Shown one piece after another: positions 27,901 to 37,771 of a DNA stretch of 64,000 bases; the first letter of the stretch is position 1, and every line of letters begins with the position of its first letter. The position numbers and the translations under genes were made by a program. The stretch covers positions 1,536,001 through 1,600,000 of the forward strand of contig CAXXOA010000001.1 in assembly GCA_963666275.2 (NCBI GenBank), in the 5' to 3' direction. The notes under the pieces were generated by a model. The model had not been told where the DNA came from. It saw nothing but the letters and a program-made list of their open reading frames with translations, and searched no databases. This DNA is from Oceanispirochaeta sp. GTDB taxonomy: Bacteria; Spirochaetota; Spirochaetia; DSM-2461.

Positions 27901-29268
27901 AGTTCCCTGGTGGGAAATCTCCATCTGGGAGGAACATCCAGGAATCCCTCTTTTTCAGGACATCTGGACAGCAGAAACCTCATGGTTCTGACTCCCTATA
28001 CGGTGGATGACATAGGAATGACCGATATAAGGGTCCATTTCCAGGAGCAGTCTATCAGAGTCGATCCCTTTACGATTCCGATCGGAGAGGGCGGTCTTTC
28101 CGGGTCGGGATTTATGAACCTCAGCGGATGGGGTATTAAAAATTATGAGCTTCTGGCTCAGGCGGGAGGCGTTCCCGGGACTCCGGTCAGTTATAACGGG
28201 TACGGAGTTCTGGTGGACGGGGCGTTTACAGGAAATATCCGGCTTTATGGAACGGATCAGCAGGGAGGCCTGGAGGGTCGGTTTGTTTTGAATGAAATGA
28301 TCGGCTCCATTGGGGCCAGGACGGAAATCAGAGAGAAAAGCGGAGGGGCTGTCCGTTATCCTTTTACTCTGGATCTTGAGTTCCTGACAGGGCGGAATGT
28401 TCAGTTTATTCTTCCCAACCCCCAGCTTGAAATCGTAAAAGCTACGGCAGAACCGGGAGAGTCCATTCAGCTTCAGCTGGACACAAGGAACGGATCGCTT
28501 GTAATGGATGGTGAAATCAGCATACGGAACGGAGAAATTAACTATTTTGACAGGACTTTCCGAATGACAGAAGGGTCTCTGACTTTTAATGAAACCGAAG
28601 AGGACTTCAACCCCTTCCTGAATCTGGAAGCGGAAATTGACACCACTGATATCAATGGAGATGATGTGACTGTTTTTCTGACTTACAGAAATCCTATCAG
28701 AGATGAATTTTCCCCTTCTTTCCGGACGGATCCGCCCCGTTCGGAAGATCAGATTATGGCTCTCTTCGGGCAGAGTCTGGTTCCCTATAATACAGACGAG
28801 GTGGATCTTTCCACTCTTGTCCTGGCAACAGGAGGGATGGTCAGCGATATGGGGCTGACCGATCCCTTTGAAAATGCTCTTGAGGAGACTCTGAATCTGG
28901 ATTCGGTCACTATTGAAACGGAAATACTGGAAAATGCCCTGATTGAGCAGTTATCCAGTTATGAGGGGTATTCAGGAACCGAATCCTCCTATAATCTGGG
29001 TCGATATCTGGATAATACAAGTATATATCTGGGGCAGTTTATCGGGGATTACCTGCTTTTTTCCGCAGGACTGCTTGTTGATTACAATGAACTGGATGGT
29101 ATAAACTCCTACTCAGGCGGCATGAGTCTCGTACCGGACCTGACTCTCGAGATGAGAACACCATTTTTTCTTGTTTCCTGGAACTATAATCAGGAAAATG
29201 CCCCGGATTTTAATACGGATTTTGTACCTCGAAATGCGATCAGCCTGGAATGGCGATATTCTTATTAA
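24901..29268 (+). CDS. tamB: Translocation and assembly module TamB-like protein
   Basis: 1455 aa, N-terminal TM, beta-rich, DUF490-like C-terminus (FNPFLNLEAE, TDPPRSEDQIMAL), directly upstream of bamA. Confidence 0.85.
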   Translation: MSRFSYFLIHFFQVLFFAVLVVFSYLGYQTVQDKMAVLAEDLKYDVIESLEETLGYRIGYDQISPSVLTYFEIRNLQLVHPVTKDVVLKVRSLKLFYNPFALIFQNTDRVLISGISLNGLDLSINAERDRRLIDLFTAQDREQASAEPLDISRYFAGRVRIRSVDLQYEDPSYSFQFNGRTITVRQQKDFLRVIMAGDVDFSLPGLSGPLEEGSFSFSIKGSLFNNLTGFNLDGDFREIRSNLLEMDRQRMNIRYSAGELRLAKIRDDQPYDLNLVLSEERIQADFSAEQFSFNNILTLRGGLAFADPWLNTVLSGSSRVVYFQKTGDISYEYDGSAYLRNETLPFPVHTDIRLKGNAEILQVENLTASTPKGHYTYSGEWVLKEDFPRGQLDFYQVPLTPGVTAEGRLSLSLVDDYFYIQSDSVSLDSGWKSGPLQILLNREGDTFVFSLRSSLNTEKSSRDQIFVNGEFLYRDQPEFSAEFRVDKLSFDVVKPFFPEYAGNLDLMDEGLSLTVRGSARYQGELLSSSVELFQISDRTEERSLKFRGYFSPEEMEIFALEANWNGNYLLGNITGVIGQENIDLQSNWNINDNLYLVNGIYSEGKFSLLGSFGLKGQFLRNPGSGFLATLESKDFPIRWDGNDLSASLNIRGRYSDREWEVYLNESSVEWKNSPFLSEPEMTLTAYLAPGVVNIFSLQYRDGYSTLGGSGSLFYNLEQNILNGSVNLTSRDRSITETYSLYCVYNDGSISSSVTLDNALLDRLESLGITGRIDAEITLEGSLEAPELEGTLSTGNLTINGSSLNTNLAFRMNPEKIELYDLKLQRNTVTLSKGLGFLNFQEGTAMLTASVENVTNPGEENQTSIQSGITFSMELEEPVGFRELGTLGQRDFTGRVRFHPVRWNGLTTFSSKTVNISKKDSVFSGDLIGDPEQNFMVDLESKKISARVSDPFPVRFQVDGSVRSEDLDLNIQGLELDLNLINYFMPKDKALDSRYAVFRENSSLVGNLHLGGTSRNPSFSGHLDSRNLMVLTPYTVDDIGMTDIRVHFQEQSIRVDPFTIPIGEGGLSGSGFMNLSGWGIKNYELLAQAGGVPGTPVSYNGYGVLVDGAFTGNIRLYGTDQQGGLEGRFVLNEMIGSIGARTEIREKSGGAVRYPFTLDLEFLTGRNVQFILPNPQLEIVKATAEPGESIQLQLDTRNGSLVMDGEISIRNGEINYFDRTFRMTEGSLTFNETEEDFNPFLNLEAEIDTTDINGDDVTVFLTYRNPIRDEFSPSFRTDPPRSEDQIMALFGQSLVPYNTDEVDLSTLVLATGGMVSDMGLTDPFENALEETLNLDSVTIETEILENALIEQLSSYEGYSGTESSYNLGRYLDNTSIYLGQFIGDYLLFSAGLLVDYNELDGINSYSGGMSLVPDLTLEMRTPFFLVSWNYNQENAPDFNTDFVPRNAISLEWRYSY

Positions 29269-29286
29269 CTGTGCGAAGGAGTTTTA

Positions 29287-31761
29287 ATGCTTAAATTTCG
29301 ATTGCCTCTGATCTTCGTGATCTTGACAATGATCTCACTGGGGCTCAGTGCCCAGGAGGATCCTGACTGGTATCAGAATAAACCAATCCTGGATATCAGG
29401 TTTTCCGGTTTGGATGCCATTTCAGAGACCGAACTCAAGGGGATTGTCAGGCCCTATGTATCGGAAAAGTTTACAGATGCACTTTCCTGGGAAATTCAGG
29501 GAAAACTCTATGCTCTCGAGTATTTTGATCTTATCCTTCCCCAGGCCCTTCCGGGGGATACAAATTATAATACTGTAATCCTAGAGTTCGAGGTTAAAGA
29601 GAAACCCGTAGTGGACAGCATCATTTTTACGGGGAACAACAGGATCAGAAAGGGTGAGCTTCTCGATACCATTCTTCTGACCAAGGGAGATCTGGTCAAT
29701 AAAACGTCCATCAGTCTGGATGCTCAGGCTGTCAAAGACCTCTATATAGAAAAGGGTTATATCGATGCCCGGGTAGAGAGTTCCATTGAAAAAGATGAAG
29801 AAAAAAACTCCGCCTCGGTTGTTTTTAATATCACCGAAGGGGATCAGACCACTATCAGTGAGATTCACTTTACCGGTAATGATAAATATGTGACCACTAA
29901 AACCCTGGAAGGGCTGATGGAAACCAAACCCCAGTCTCTGTTTCACAAGGGTGTTCTCATGGAGAATCAGCTTCAGGAGGATATCCGGGCCATTGAAAAC
30001 TACTACTATGACAGAGGGTTTATCGATGCGGAAGTTTCCGATGTGGTGCGGGAAGTCGTAAGGAATGAAGAGGAGAATATCAATAATCTCATCATTACCA
30101 TTGTGATCAGCGAAGGAGAATCCTACACCTTCGAAGGGATCACGTTCAAGGGAAACGAGCTCTACAGCGACGAAGAGCTCCTGGCTATGATCGGTCAGGA
30201 AAAAGGCGCCGTATTCAATAAGACAAGATTTCAGATCGATTACCAGAAGGTGACAGACCTCTATTTTGAGAACGGATATATCTACAACTCCTTCTCCTAT
30301 CAGGAGAACCGTGATGAAGAAGAGAAAACCGTTTCCTATTCTGTTGAGATAGTGGAAAGGGACCGGGCCCATATTGAGAACATTGTGATCCGGGGAAATG
30401 ATAAGACGAAAGATTATGTTATTTCCCGGGAACTGCCATTCGAGGTGGGAGACGTTTTCAGTAAAACCAAGGTTATGAACGGAATCAGGAACCTCTATAA
30501 CACCCAGTATTTTGATATGGTTGAACCGCAGACCTATCCGGGAAGCGAAGAGGGGCTGATGGATCTAGTCATTGACGTGGAAGAGGGGAAAACCGCCGAT
30601 ATTGTTTTCGGAATTACCTTTTCCGGCGGAAGTGAGTTCCCCATGGCCGGTACTATCCAGTGGAATGACAGAAACTTCCTGGGAAGGGGTACGACAGTGG
30701 GTGTGGAATCCACATTTTCCCCGGATACCCAGTCGGTGTCTCTGAAGTACTCGGAACCCCGTCTTTTCAATACACGCTGGGGCATCGGAACAGACCTGAC
30801 CTTTACCAGAGCCACAGGCAAAAGTGTGTATCAGGACATTGACGGTGACGGAGTTATCGATCCATACAGCAGTGACGATGATTTTGAAAACAATGATGAA
30901 ATTGTTCCCAGCGATTATCTGATGGAGTACGATTCCAACACAATCAGTGTCGGCGCCAATACCGGGTACACATGGCACACCGGTCTGGGGCGGTTCAGTA
31001 CCTACACAGGGTTGAGAACCGGATTTGAGACAATAGATTACGATGAAGATATCTACAGACCCTGGAGTGAAGAGATCCGGGACAATCTGGGAACCTGGCG
31101 ATACGAGGACAGCTGGTGGCTCAAGGGTGCCTGGGATACCAGGGACTATGTGGGGAATCCATCCAAAGGCTTTGTGTTCAGCGAAACCGTTACCCTGGCG
31201 GGAGTGACTCCCCAGTCAACCAAGAACTACCTGAAGAGCGTTACCAGAGGCCAGGTAAACTTCACCCTTTTTGATATCCCCACAGACGATTTCCGTTACA
31301 AAGGGGTCTTCTCTCTCAATTCGGCTTTTTCCTATCTCACTGAAAAACCCTGGGACAGCACCAGCATTGCCGATCCCCAGGAGGACGGTTTCTATGCGGA
31401 CGGTATGTTTATCGCCCGGGGATGGTACCCTGAACGGTACGGTCAGTCTCTCTGGGACAATACGGCGACCCTGAAGTTCCCTCTGATTACAAATATCCTG
31501 GCGTATGATATCTTTCTTGACGGTGTGGGACTCTGGAAATCCAAGGATCTTCTGGGTGCCATGGCTCTGCCTGATTTCAAGTTCAGTCTCGGTACGGGGA
31601 TCCGCTTTGATAATCCCCAGTTTCCTATCGGACTCTATCTGGTTAAAAAGTTCCAGTTTGAAGAGGGCGGCGGCATTAACTGGAATCCCGAACCGGACTA
31701 TGTGACTTTTGACAATGGAAATCTGAACCTTGTTATTTCGTTCGGAATTGATATTTATTGA
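29287..31761 (+). CDS. bamA: Outer membrane protein assembly factor BamA
   Basis: POTRA repeats (FTGN, YxxxG[YF], GNDKTKDYVISREL), NFLGRG, IARGW lid motif. Confidence 0.95.
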   Translation: MLKFRLPLIFVILTMISLGLSAQEDPDWYQNKPILDIRFSGLDAISETELKGIVRPYVSEKFTDALSWEIQGKLYALEYFDLILPQALPGDTNYNTVILEFEVKEKPVVDSIIFTGNNRIRKGELLDTILLTKGDLVNKTSISLDAQAVKDLYIEKGYIDARVESSIEKDEEKNSASVVFNITEGDQTTISEIHFTGNDKYVTTKTLEGLMETKPQSLFHKGVLMENQLQEDIRAIENYYYDRGFIDAEVSDVVREVVRNEEENINNLIITIVISEGESYTFEGITFKGNELYSDEELLAMIGQEKGAVFNKTRFQIDYQKVTDLYFENGYIYNSFSYQENRDEEEKTVSYSVEIVERDRAHIENIVIRGNDKTKDYVISRELPFEVGDVFSKTKVMNGIRNLYNTQYFDMVEPQTYPGSEEGLMDLVIDVEEGKTADIVFGITFSGGSEFPMAGTIQWNDRNFLGRGTTVGVESTFSPDTQSVSLKYSEPRLFNTRWGIGTDLTFTRATGKSVYQDIDGDGVIDPYSSDDDFENNDEIVPSDYLMEYDSNTISVGANTGYTWHTGLGRFSTYTGLRTGFETIDYDEDIYRPWSEEIRDNLGTWRYEDSWWLKGAWDTRDYVGNPSKGFVFSETVTLAGVTPQSTKNYLKSVTRGQVNFTLFDIPTDDFRYKGVFSLNSAFSYLTEKPWDSTSIADPQEDGFYADGMFIARGWYPERYGQSLWDNTATLKFPLITNILAYDIFLDGVGLWKSKDLLGAMALPDFKFSLGTGIRFDNPQFPIGLYLVKKFQFEEGGGINWNPEPDYVTFDNGNLNLVISFGIDIY

Positions 31762-31821
31762 TACAGAGAACTGTATCTGCTTTAATAGCAGCACCAGTGG
31801 TGCTGGGAAGGAGTTTAAAAA

Positions 31822-32343
31822 ATGAAGAAGACAGTTTTACTGCTGATGATACTTTTAGGGAGTCTTGTCGTTCTCCCGGCGGAAAATATAACCAAGGTGG
31901 CTGTTCTGGACTATTCCAGAATCCTGTCCGCTTTTTATAAAGACTCTCAGGCTGTGAGGGAGCTGGAGGAGCTGAAACAGTCATTTCAGGAGGAGAGTCA
32001 GAAAATTCAGGATGAAATCAAGATCCTGGAAGCCCGGAAACTGGATGCGGAAAACGATGGAAATACCTCCAGGGCTCTTGAACTGGATAATGAAATTTTC
32101 AAGAAAAAGAACTATTTGAGGGATTATATCCGCGTTAAAAATGCCCAGCTTTCCGAGATGAACAAAAGTCTCAGTCAGAATATGACTCTGGTCAAAGAAA
32201 TCAATGAAGAGATACAGTACGTAGCGGAAAGCAACGGGTTTTCTCTGGTTTTCAAGAAATCCGATCCCGATCTTCTCTGGTGGAATTATGAGGTGGATAT
32301 AACAGATCAGGTCCTTCAGAGGCTGATGAGCCGGATGCGATAA
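31822..32343 (+). CDS. skp: Skp/OmpH chaperone
   Basis: KVAVLDYSRIL, coiled coil, DITDQVL; follows bamA. Confidence 0.9.
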   Translation: MKKTVLLLMILLGSLVVLPAENITKVAVLDYSRILSAFYKDSQAVRELEELKQSFQEESQKIQDEIKILEARKLDAENDGNTSRALELDNEIFKKKNYLRDYIRVKNAQLSEMNKSLSQNMTLVKEINEEIQYVAESNGFSLVFKKSDPDLLWWNYEVDITDQVLQRLMSRMR

Positions 32344-32357
32344 CTTTATTATCCACT

Positions 32358-34934
32358 ATGTCTGAAAATACCCCCATGATGCGGCAGTACCTGTCCATCA
32401 AGGAGAAGCACAAAGACGCGGTACTCTTTTTCCGGATGGGTGACTTTTACGAAATGTTCAAATCCGATGCGGAAGAGGTCAGCCGTATACTCAATCTCAC
32501 TCTGACAAAGCGTCACGGCATTCCCATGTGCGGAATTCCCTATCATGCCGCCCAGAATTATATTGGCCGGCTGCTGCAGGCGGGCAAGAAGATTGCCATC
32601 TGCGAACAGATCTCACTGCCTGAAAAAGGAAAGGGGATTGCCACCAGGGATGTGGTTGAAATTATCACTCCCGGCACTGTGGTGGATGAGTCCTACCTGG
32701 ATAAAAGGTCCAATAACTATCTGGCTTCCATCGGAAAGGTTGGCAGGCAGATGGCCTTCTCCTATGTGGATCTGTCTACAGGGGAGTTCTGGGCCACCTC
32801 TTTTGAGGGAGATCATCAGGAAGACTATATCCGCAGAGAGGTCAGCCGGCTTAACCCCCGGGAGATCCTTGTGCAGGAATCTCTGATGGACTATGCCTAC
32901 TACCGCTCTCTCAATTCCCGTCCGGCCCTGGTGGTCAATAAAATTCCCGACTGGTTATTTGATACCCAGAGCAGTTACAGCGCTCTGAAAGAGCAGTTTG
33001 CCGTGGCAAACCTGAAGGCATTCGGCTTTGAAGAGAAAGATTCCGCCATTGCGGCTGCCGGTGTAATCCTTGACTATCTGAAAGATACGGCACGCCACTA
33101 TCTCAGTCATCTCCAGGGGATCCGCCGCTACGAGGACGGACGATATCTTTCCCTGGATGAGGCGACCCAGAAAAACCTGGAACTGCTGCGGAATATGAAT
33201 GATGGTTCTCCTTCCTATACACTTTTAAGTGTTCTGGAGGAGACAATGACATCCATGGGTGCCAGAATGCTCCGTCAGTGGATCATGAACCCCCTCCGGG
33301 AGTATGAACAGATTATTCATCGCCAGGAGCAGGTCAGTCAGTTCTATAAAAATCAGCTCCTCATGCAGGAAGTGAGAACAATCCTTTCAGGAATTCTGGA
33401 TGTGGAACGGCTCACTGCCAGGATCGGTCTGGATAAAGCCCACGCCAAGGATCTTCTCTCTCTCCGGGTTTCCCTGGAGAAGATGTTCCTTATCGAAGAG
33501 GTCATGAAAAATACCATATCCGGTATGGAACTTACCAGCCGGGAGGACAAGGAGACTCTGGAGGGAATCATTTCCCTCCTGGAAAGGTCCATAGCCGAAG
33601 ATCCTTCCATTCTGCTTCATGAAGGAAAGATGATCCGGGAAGGGTATCATCAGGAACTGGACCGACTGAAAGGTTTAAAAACCCATAGCCGGTCCATCCT
33701 TGATGACTATCTCCGGGGAATCAAAGATGAGACCGGGATTACCAATTTAAAACTGAAATACAACAAGATCATCGGGTATTTCCTGGAAGTCTCCAAAACC
33801 CAGTCTGCATCCGTACCGGAATCCTTTATAAGACGCCAGTCTCTTGTCGGATCCGAACGATATACCACAGCGAAACTTGGGGAACTTGAAGAGAGTATCA
33901 ACTCGGCTTCTGAAAAAATCATCGAACTGGAACGTTCCCTGTTTCTTGAAATCAGGGAAGGGCTGAAACAGCATATCCCCCTTCTTCAGTCTCTCTGCGG
34001 GAAGCTGGCGCAGCTGGACTGCTATCAGTCTCTGGCGTATACAGCCACTATCAGAGGATACAGCCGTCCTGAGATTCTTCAGTCAAAAGAGCTGGATATA
34101 ACAGGAGGCAGACACCCTGTGGTGGAAGCCTATCTGCCCCAGGGGGAATTTATCTCCAATTCGACTGTACTCACAGAGGATAAAGGGATATTCGCCCTTA
34201 TCACAGGACCGAATATGGCAGGTAAGTCCACCTATCTGAGGCAGACCGCCCTTATTGTACTGATGGCTCAGATCGGATCCTATATTCCGGCGGATCAGGC
34301 GCGCATAGGAGTGGTCGATAAGATCTTCTGCCGTGTCGGTGCTTCGGATAACCTGGCCCGGGGAGAATCAACATTCCTGGTTGAAATGAATGAAACCGCT
34401 CATATCCTGAGAAATGCCACCTCTTTCAGTCTAGTGATCATGGATGAAATAGGCCGGGGAACCAGTACCAATGACGGTCTTTCCATTGCCTGGAGCATAG
34501 CCGAGTTCATTCTGGATTCTGTGAAATGCAAGACTCTCTTTGCCACCCACTATCATGAGCTGACAGAAATGTCCCATCCCGCCTTGTGCAATCTTTCCCT
34601 TTCGGTGAAAGAAACAGGCGATGATATCGTATTCCTGAAGAAGATCAAGGAGGGCCCTGCCGGGAACTCTTACGGTATTCATGTGGCATCTCTTGCGGGG
34701 CTTCCCGACAGTGTGGTGAAAAGGGCGGGACAGGTCCTCAGATCCATGGAAAGCGGGCCGGTTGGTGAAAAGTTTTCAGTACCCCCGGCTGAAAAGGAGA
34801 TCTCTCCCCAGCAGAACCTTTTTGACAGCGGTGAGATTGTTCTGGATCAGCTGAGATCCCTGAATATAAATGATCTGACTCCTCTAGAAGCTCTGAATAC
34901 TCTTGATTCCCTGAAAAAGAGTCTGAAAAAGTAA
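32358..34934 (+). CDS. mutS: DNA mismatch repair protein MutS
   Basis: TPMMRQY, FRMGDFYEMF, TGPNMAGKST, DEIGRGTS, SYGIHVA. Confidence 0.98.
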   Translation: MSENTPMMRQYLSIKEKHKDAVLFFRMGDFYEMFKSDAEEVSRILNLTLTKRHGIPMCGIPYHAAQNYIGRLLQAGKKIAICEQISLPEKGKGIATRDVVEIITPGTVVDESYLDKRSNNYLASIGKVGRQMAFSYVDLSTGEFWATSFEGDHQEDYIRREVSRLNPREILVQESLMDYAYYRSLNSRPALVVNKIPDWLFDTQSSYSALKEQFAVANLKAFGFEEKDSAIAAAGVILDYLKDTARHYLSHLQGIRRYEDGRYLSLDEATQKNLELLRNMNDGSPSYTLLSVLEETMTSMGARMLRQWIMNPLREYEQIIHRQEQVSQFYKNQLLMQEVRTILSGILDVERLTARIGLDKAHAKDLLSLRVSLEKMFLIEEVMKNTISGMELTSREDKETLEGIISLLERSIAEDPSILLHEGKMIREGYHQELDRLKGLKTHSRSILDDYLRGIKDETGITNLKLKYNKIIGYFLEVSKTQSASVPESFIRRQSLVGSERYTTAKLGELEESINSASEKIIELERSLFLEIREGLKQHIPLLQSLCGKLAQLDCYQSLAYTATIRGYSRPEILQSKELDITGGRHPVVEAYLPQGEFISNSTVLTEDKGIFALITGPNMAGKSTYLRQTALIVLMAQIGSYIPADQARIGVVDKIFCRVGASDNLARGESTFLVEMNETAHILRNATSFSLVIMDEIGRGTSTNDGLSIAWSIAEFILDSVKCKTLFATHYHELTEMSHPALCNLSLSVKETGDDIVFLKKIKEGPAGNSYGIHVASLAGLPDSVVKRAGQVLRSMESGPVGEKFSVPPAEKEISPQQNLFDSGEIVLDQLRSLNINDLTPLEALNTLDSLKKSLKK

Positions 34935-34947
34935 ATTTTCATTTTAT

Positions 34948-35679
34948 TTGAATTTCTACCCGGATAATATCCGTTTACACAGTATGTTTGTCCAATCACT
35001 TCTCTGCAGGAATCACTGTTATATCTGCGGCGCCGAATTATATGAGGACCGGGCTGTCTGTGAAAAATGTAAAACAGACCTACTGAATGAGGCTTCAGGT
35101 TCAGGGATCTGTTCCCGATGCGGTTTTCCGTCGCTGGAAGAGGATGAATGTCCCTTCTGTCCCATCCTGCCGGGCTGTCTGGAGTCCCTGAGGGTCCTTT
35201 TCCGTTTCGCAGGCGTACACAGGGAACTCCTTCACAGGTACAAATCAGGGAGTATGAAAAATCTCCGGTTTTTCTATGCCGATGCGGTTCATAAGCAGCT
35301 GCAGAGGATGGCTGTCACGTCTTCGGATCTTATCGTTCCCGTTCCCCCCAGAAAAGGTAAAATCAGAAAGACGGGATGGGATCAGGTCCGTCTGATAAGC
35401 CGCCTTCTTTCCCGTCGGTACGGGTATCAATGTTCTGATCTTCTGAAAAGGACAGACAGGATCGAACAGAAAACCCTGAATCGGGAGAATAGGGCGTCTC
35501 ATCTTGAAAGTTCTCTCTGTTTCCGGAGACATATTCAGGAGAGGTTGGAAACTCCTTCCAGGATTATCCTTCTGGATGATGTATTTACAACCGGAGCCAC
35601 ACTGAGAGCCTGCGGAGAGCTTTTGGGCCAATGGAATAGTGTCAGAATCGAGGCTCTGGTTCTCTGCGGTGTTATTTGA
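34948..35679 (+). CDS. comF: ComF family protein (double zinc ribbon plus phosphoribosyltransferase fold)
   Basis: Four CxxC pairs, VPVP, LLDDVFTTGATL; true start may be the ATG at 34984. Confidence 0.9.
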   Translation: MNFYPDNIRLHSMFVQSLLCRNHCYICGAELYEDRAVCEKCKTDLLNEASGSGICSRCGFPSLEEDECPFCPILPGCLESLRVLFRFAGVHRELLHRYKSGSMKNLRFFYADAVHKQLQRMAVTSSDLIVPVPPRKGKIRKTGWDQVRLISRLLSRRYGYQCSDLLKRTDRIEQKTLNRENRASHLESSLCFRRHIQERLETPSRIILLDDVFTTGATLRACGELLGQWNSVRIEALVLCGVI

Positions 35680-35714
35680 ATATATCCCTATGCGGCAGGA
35701 GATTTTGTCTCCAG

Positions 35715-35743
35715 TTGACAGAGTTTACTATAGCTGGTATTGT
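35715..35743 (+). promoter_or_regulatory. sigma70-type promoter of the rimP-nusA-infB operon
   Basis: TTGACA, 17 nt, TATTGT preceded by TGn. Confidence 0.75.
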
Positions 35744-35772
35744 TTAGACAAAATTTATGGCATCTTGAAGTT

Positions 35773-35799
35773 AAGAGCCCCGACAAGGCTCTTTTTTTT
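35773..35799 (+). promoter_or_regulatory. rimP-leader terminator/attenuator hairpin
   Basis: AAGAGCC-ccgacaa-GGCTCTT plus T tract between promoter and rimP; such leaders are known upstream of rimP-nusA. Confidence 0.7.
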
Positions 35800-35838
35800 G
35801 GACCCAAATTCCACTCAGGTGCCCCAGGATAATTTGCG

Positions 35839-36297
35839 TTGAAAGAGATTGAAAAAAAAATACTGGATGGAATCGAGCCTGTTCTGAATGAAATGGGCAT
35901 TTCCGTGGTTGAATTGAATGCGGCTGTTGTCAAGAAAACATTCACAATCCGTCTGGTAATATTCCAGGAACAGGGCGTCACTGTTAAAGACTGTGAAACG
36001 GTCCACCGGGTCATACAGCCCCGGATTGAACTCCTTATGGAATCAAGGGATACATCCATGGAGATTACATCTCCCGGAATAGATAGAAGAATTAAAAGCA
36101 GCAGGGAGTATGCCATATTCAAAGGCAAAGCCCTGAAAATCCTGCAGGAAGGGGATTCCGAATGGATAGGCGGATGGATCCGTGACTGCAGTGAAGATAC
36201 ATTGTTTCTTGAAAAGGATGAAAAGGAATTGAATATCCCCCTAAGTACTATTAGAAAGGCAAAACTTGATTATACAATGGAGGCCCGTAAAAAATGA
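35839..36297 (+). CDS. rimP: Ribosome maturation factor RimP
   Basis: GVTVKDCE, MEITSPGIDR, IRKAKL; upstream of nusA; TTG start. Confidence 0.92.
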   Translation: MKEIEKKILDGIEPVLNEMGISVVELNAAVVKKTFTIRLVIFQEQGVTVKDCETVHRVIQPRIELLMESRDTSMEITSPGIDRRIKSSREYAIFKGKALKILQEGDSEWIGGWIRDCSEDTLFLEKDEKELNIPLSTIRKAKLDYTMEARKK

Positions 36298-37763
36298 CCC
36301 CGGATTTTGCAGAGGCAATACGCCTGTTACAACAGGAACGAGGTATTACAGAAGAACTCGTACTGAAAACCATTGAAGATTTTCTGCTTGCAGCGTACAA
36401 GAGAAAATATGGAACCTCCGATAATGCGGTAGTCAGGTTCAATGATGACAATTCAGATGTCTCCATCTATGCCAAGAAGATGATTGTGACAGAAGATGAC
36501 TACTACGATCCTGTTTGTGAGATTCTTCTGGAAGAAGCTCTTCAGTTTAATGAAGAGAGTGAAGTGGGAGATGAAATTCTAATTAAAATTGATCCTTCCG
36601 AATTTGACAGGCTGGCTGTTCAGAGTGCTAAACAGAGAGCCAGGCAGGATCTGAGAGAAATACAGAAAGATACTCTCCACTCCGAGTTTAAAGACAAAGT
36701 CGGAGAGATGATCATCGGTTACTACCAGAGAGAAAAGAACGGTAATATCTTTGTTGATCTGGGAAGAACAGAGGGGATCCTCCCCAAGAGATTTCAGTCC
36801 CCCCGGGAAGAATACAACGTGGGTGACCGAATCAAAGCGCTGATCAGTGAGGTTAATAAAACTCCTTCAGGGCTTCAGATTGTTCTCTCCAGAACCCATG
36901 CGGATTTTGTCCGGAGAATCTTCGAACTGGAAGTTCCGGAGATCTACGATAACACCATTGAAATCCATAAGATTGTCCGGGAACCCGGTTACAGAACCAA
37001 GATCGCTGTTTCTTCCACAAGAGATGATGTGGATCCTGTCGGAGCCTGTGTGGGTCTTAAAGGTGTAAGAATCCAGGCTATTGTGCGGGAACTGGAAGGG
37101 GAAAAAATTGATATCCTCAAGTTTGATCCGGATCCCCAGGCCTTTATTAAAAATGCCCTGTCTCCCGCAGAAGTTTCGGATGTCATTGTCATGGATGGCA
37201 GCAAGAGACAGGCTCTGGCCATTGTCCCGGATCAGCAGCTCTCCCTGGCTATCGGTAAGCAGGGACTGAATGTCCGTCTGGCAAACCGACTTGTAGACTG
37301 GAGCATTGATGTAAAAACAGAAGAACAGTTCGAAGAGATGGATATCACTCAGGAAATATCCAAAGCGGCCAACGATCTGTTTAATGATATTGATGAAAAT
37401 GATGAAGAGATAACCAGAATTGAGGAACTTCCGGACATTCCTGAACGGGTTGTAGCTCTTCTTAAAGAAAACGGAATTGATCTTATCGAAACGCTTGTTA
37501 ACATGGAACTGGATGAGTTGAAAACTTTTGAAGGTATCAATGAGGAAGATATTGATCAGATCCGTGGAATTATAGATGATAATGTGGAAATCGTTGAAAG
37601 TGAATCAGGCGAGGAACTGGAGGAGGAGATCGTTATTGAAGACGATGAATCCTACGAATGCCCTGAGTGCGGTTCTGCTATTACGTTGGATATGACAGTT
37701 TGCCCCAGCTGTGGAGTAGGGTTGAGCTTTGAAATTGAAGAAATAGAAGATGATCAGGAATAA
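36294..37763 (+). CDS. nusA: Transcription factor NusA with C-terminal zinc ribbon
   Basis: [39 protein letters not shown] tail. Confidence 0.98.
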   Translation: MTPDFAEAIRLLQQERGITEELVLKTIEDFLLAAYKRKYGTSDNAVVRFNDDNSDVSIYAKKMIVTEDDYYDPVCEILLEEALQFNEESEVGDEILIKIDPSEFDRLAVQSAKQRARQDLREIQKDTLHSEFKDKVGEMIIGYYQREKNGNIFVDLGRTEGILPKRFQSPREEYNVGDRIKALISEVNKTPSGLQIVLSRTHADFVRRIFELEVPEIYDNTIEIHKIVREPGYRTKIAVSSTRDDVDPVGACVGLKGVRIQAIVRELEGEKIDILKFDPDPQAFIKNALSPAEVSDVIVMDGSKRQALAIVPDQQLSLAIGKQGLNVRLANRLVDWSIDVKTEEQFEEMDITQEISKAANDLFNDIDENDEEITRIEELPDIPERVVALLKENGIDLIETLVNMELDELKTFEGINEEDIDQIRGIIDDNVEIVESESGEELEEEIVIEDDESYECPECGSAITLDMTVCPSCGVGLSFEIEEIEDDQE

Positions 37764-37771
37764 GGTGGTAT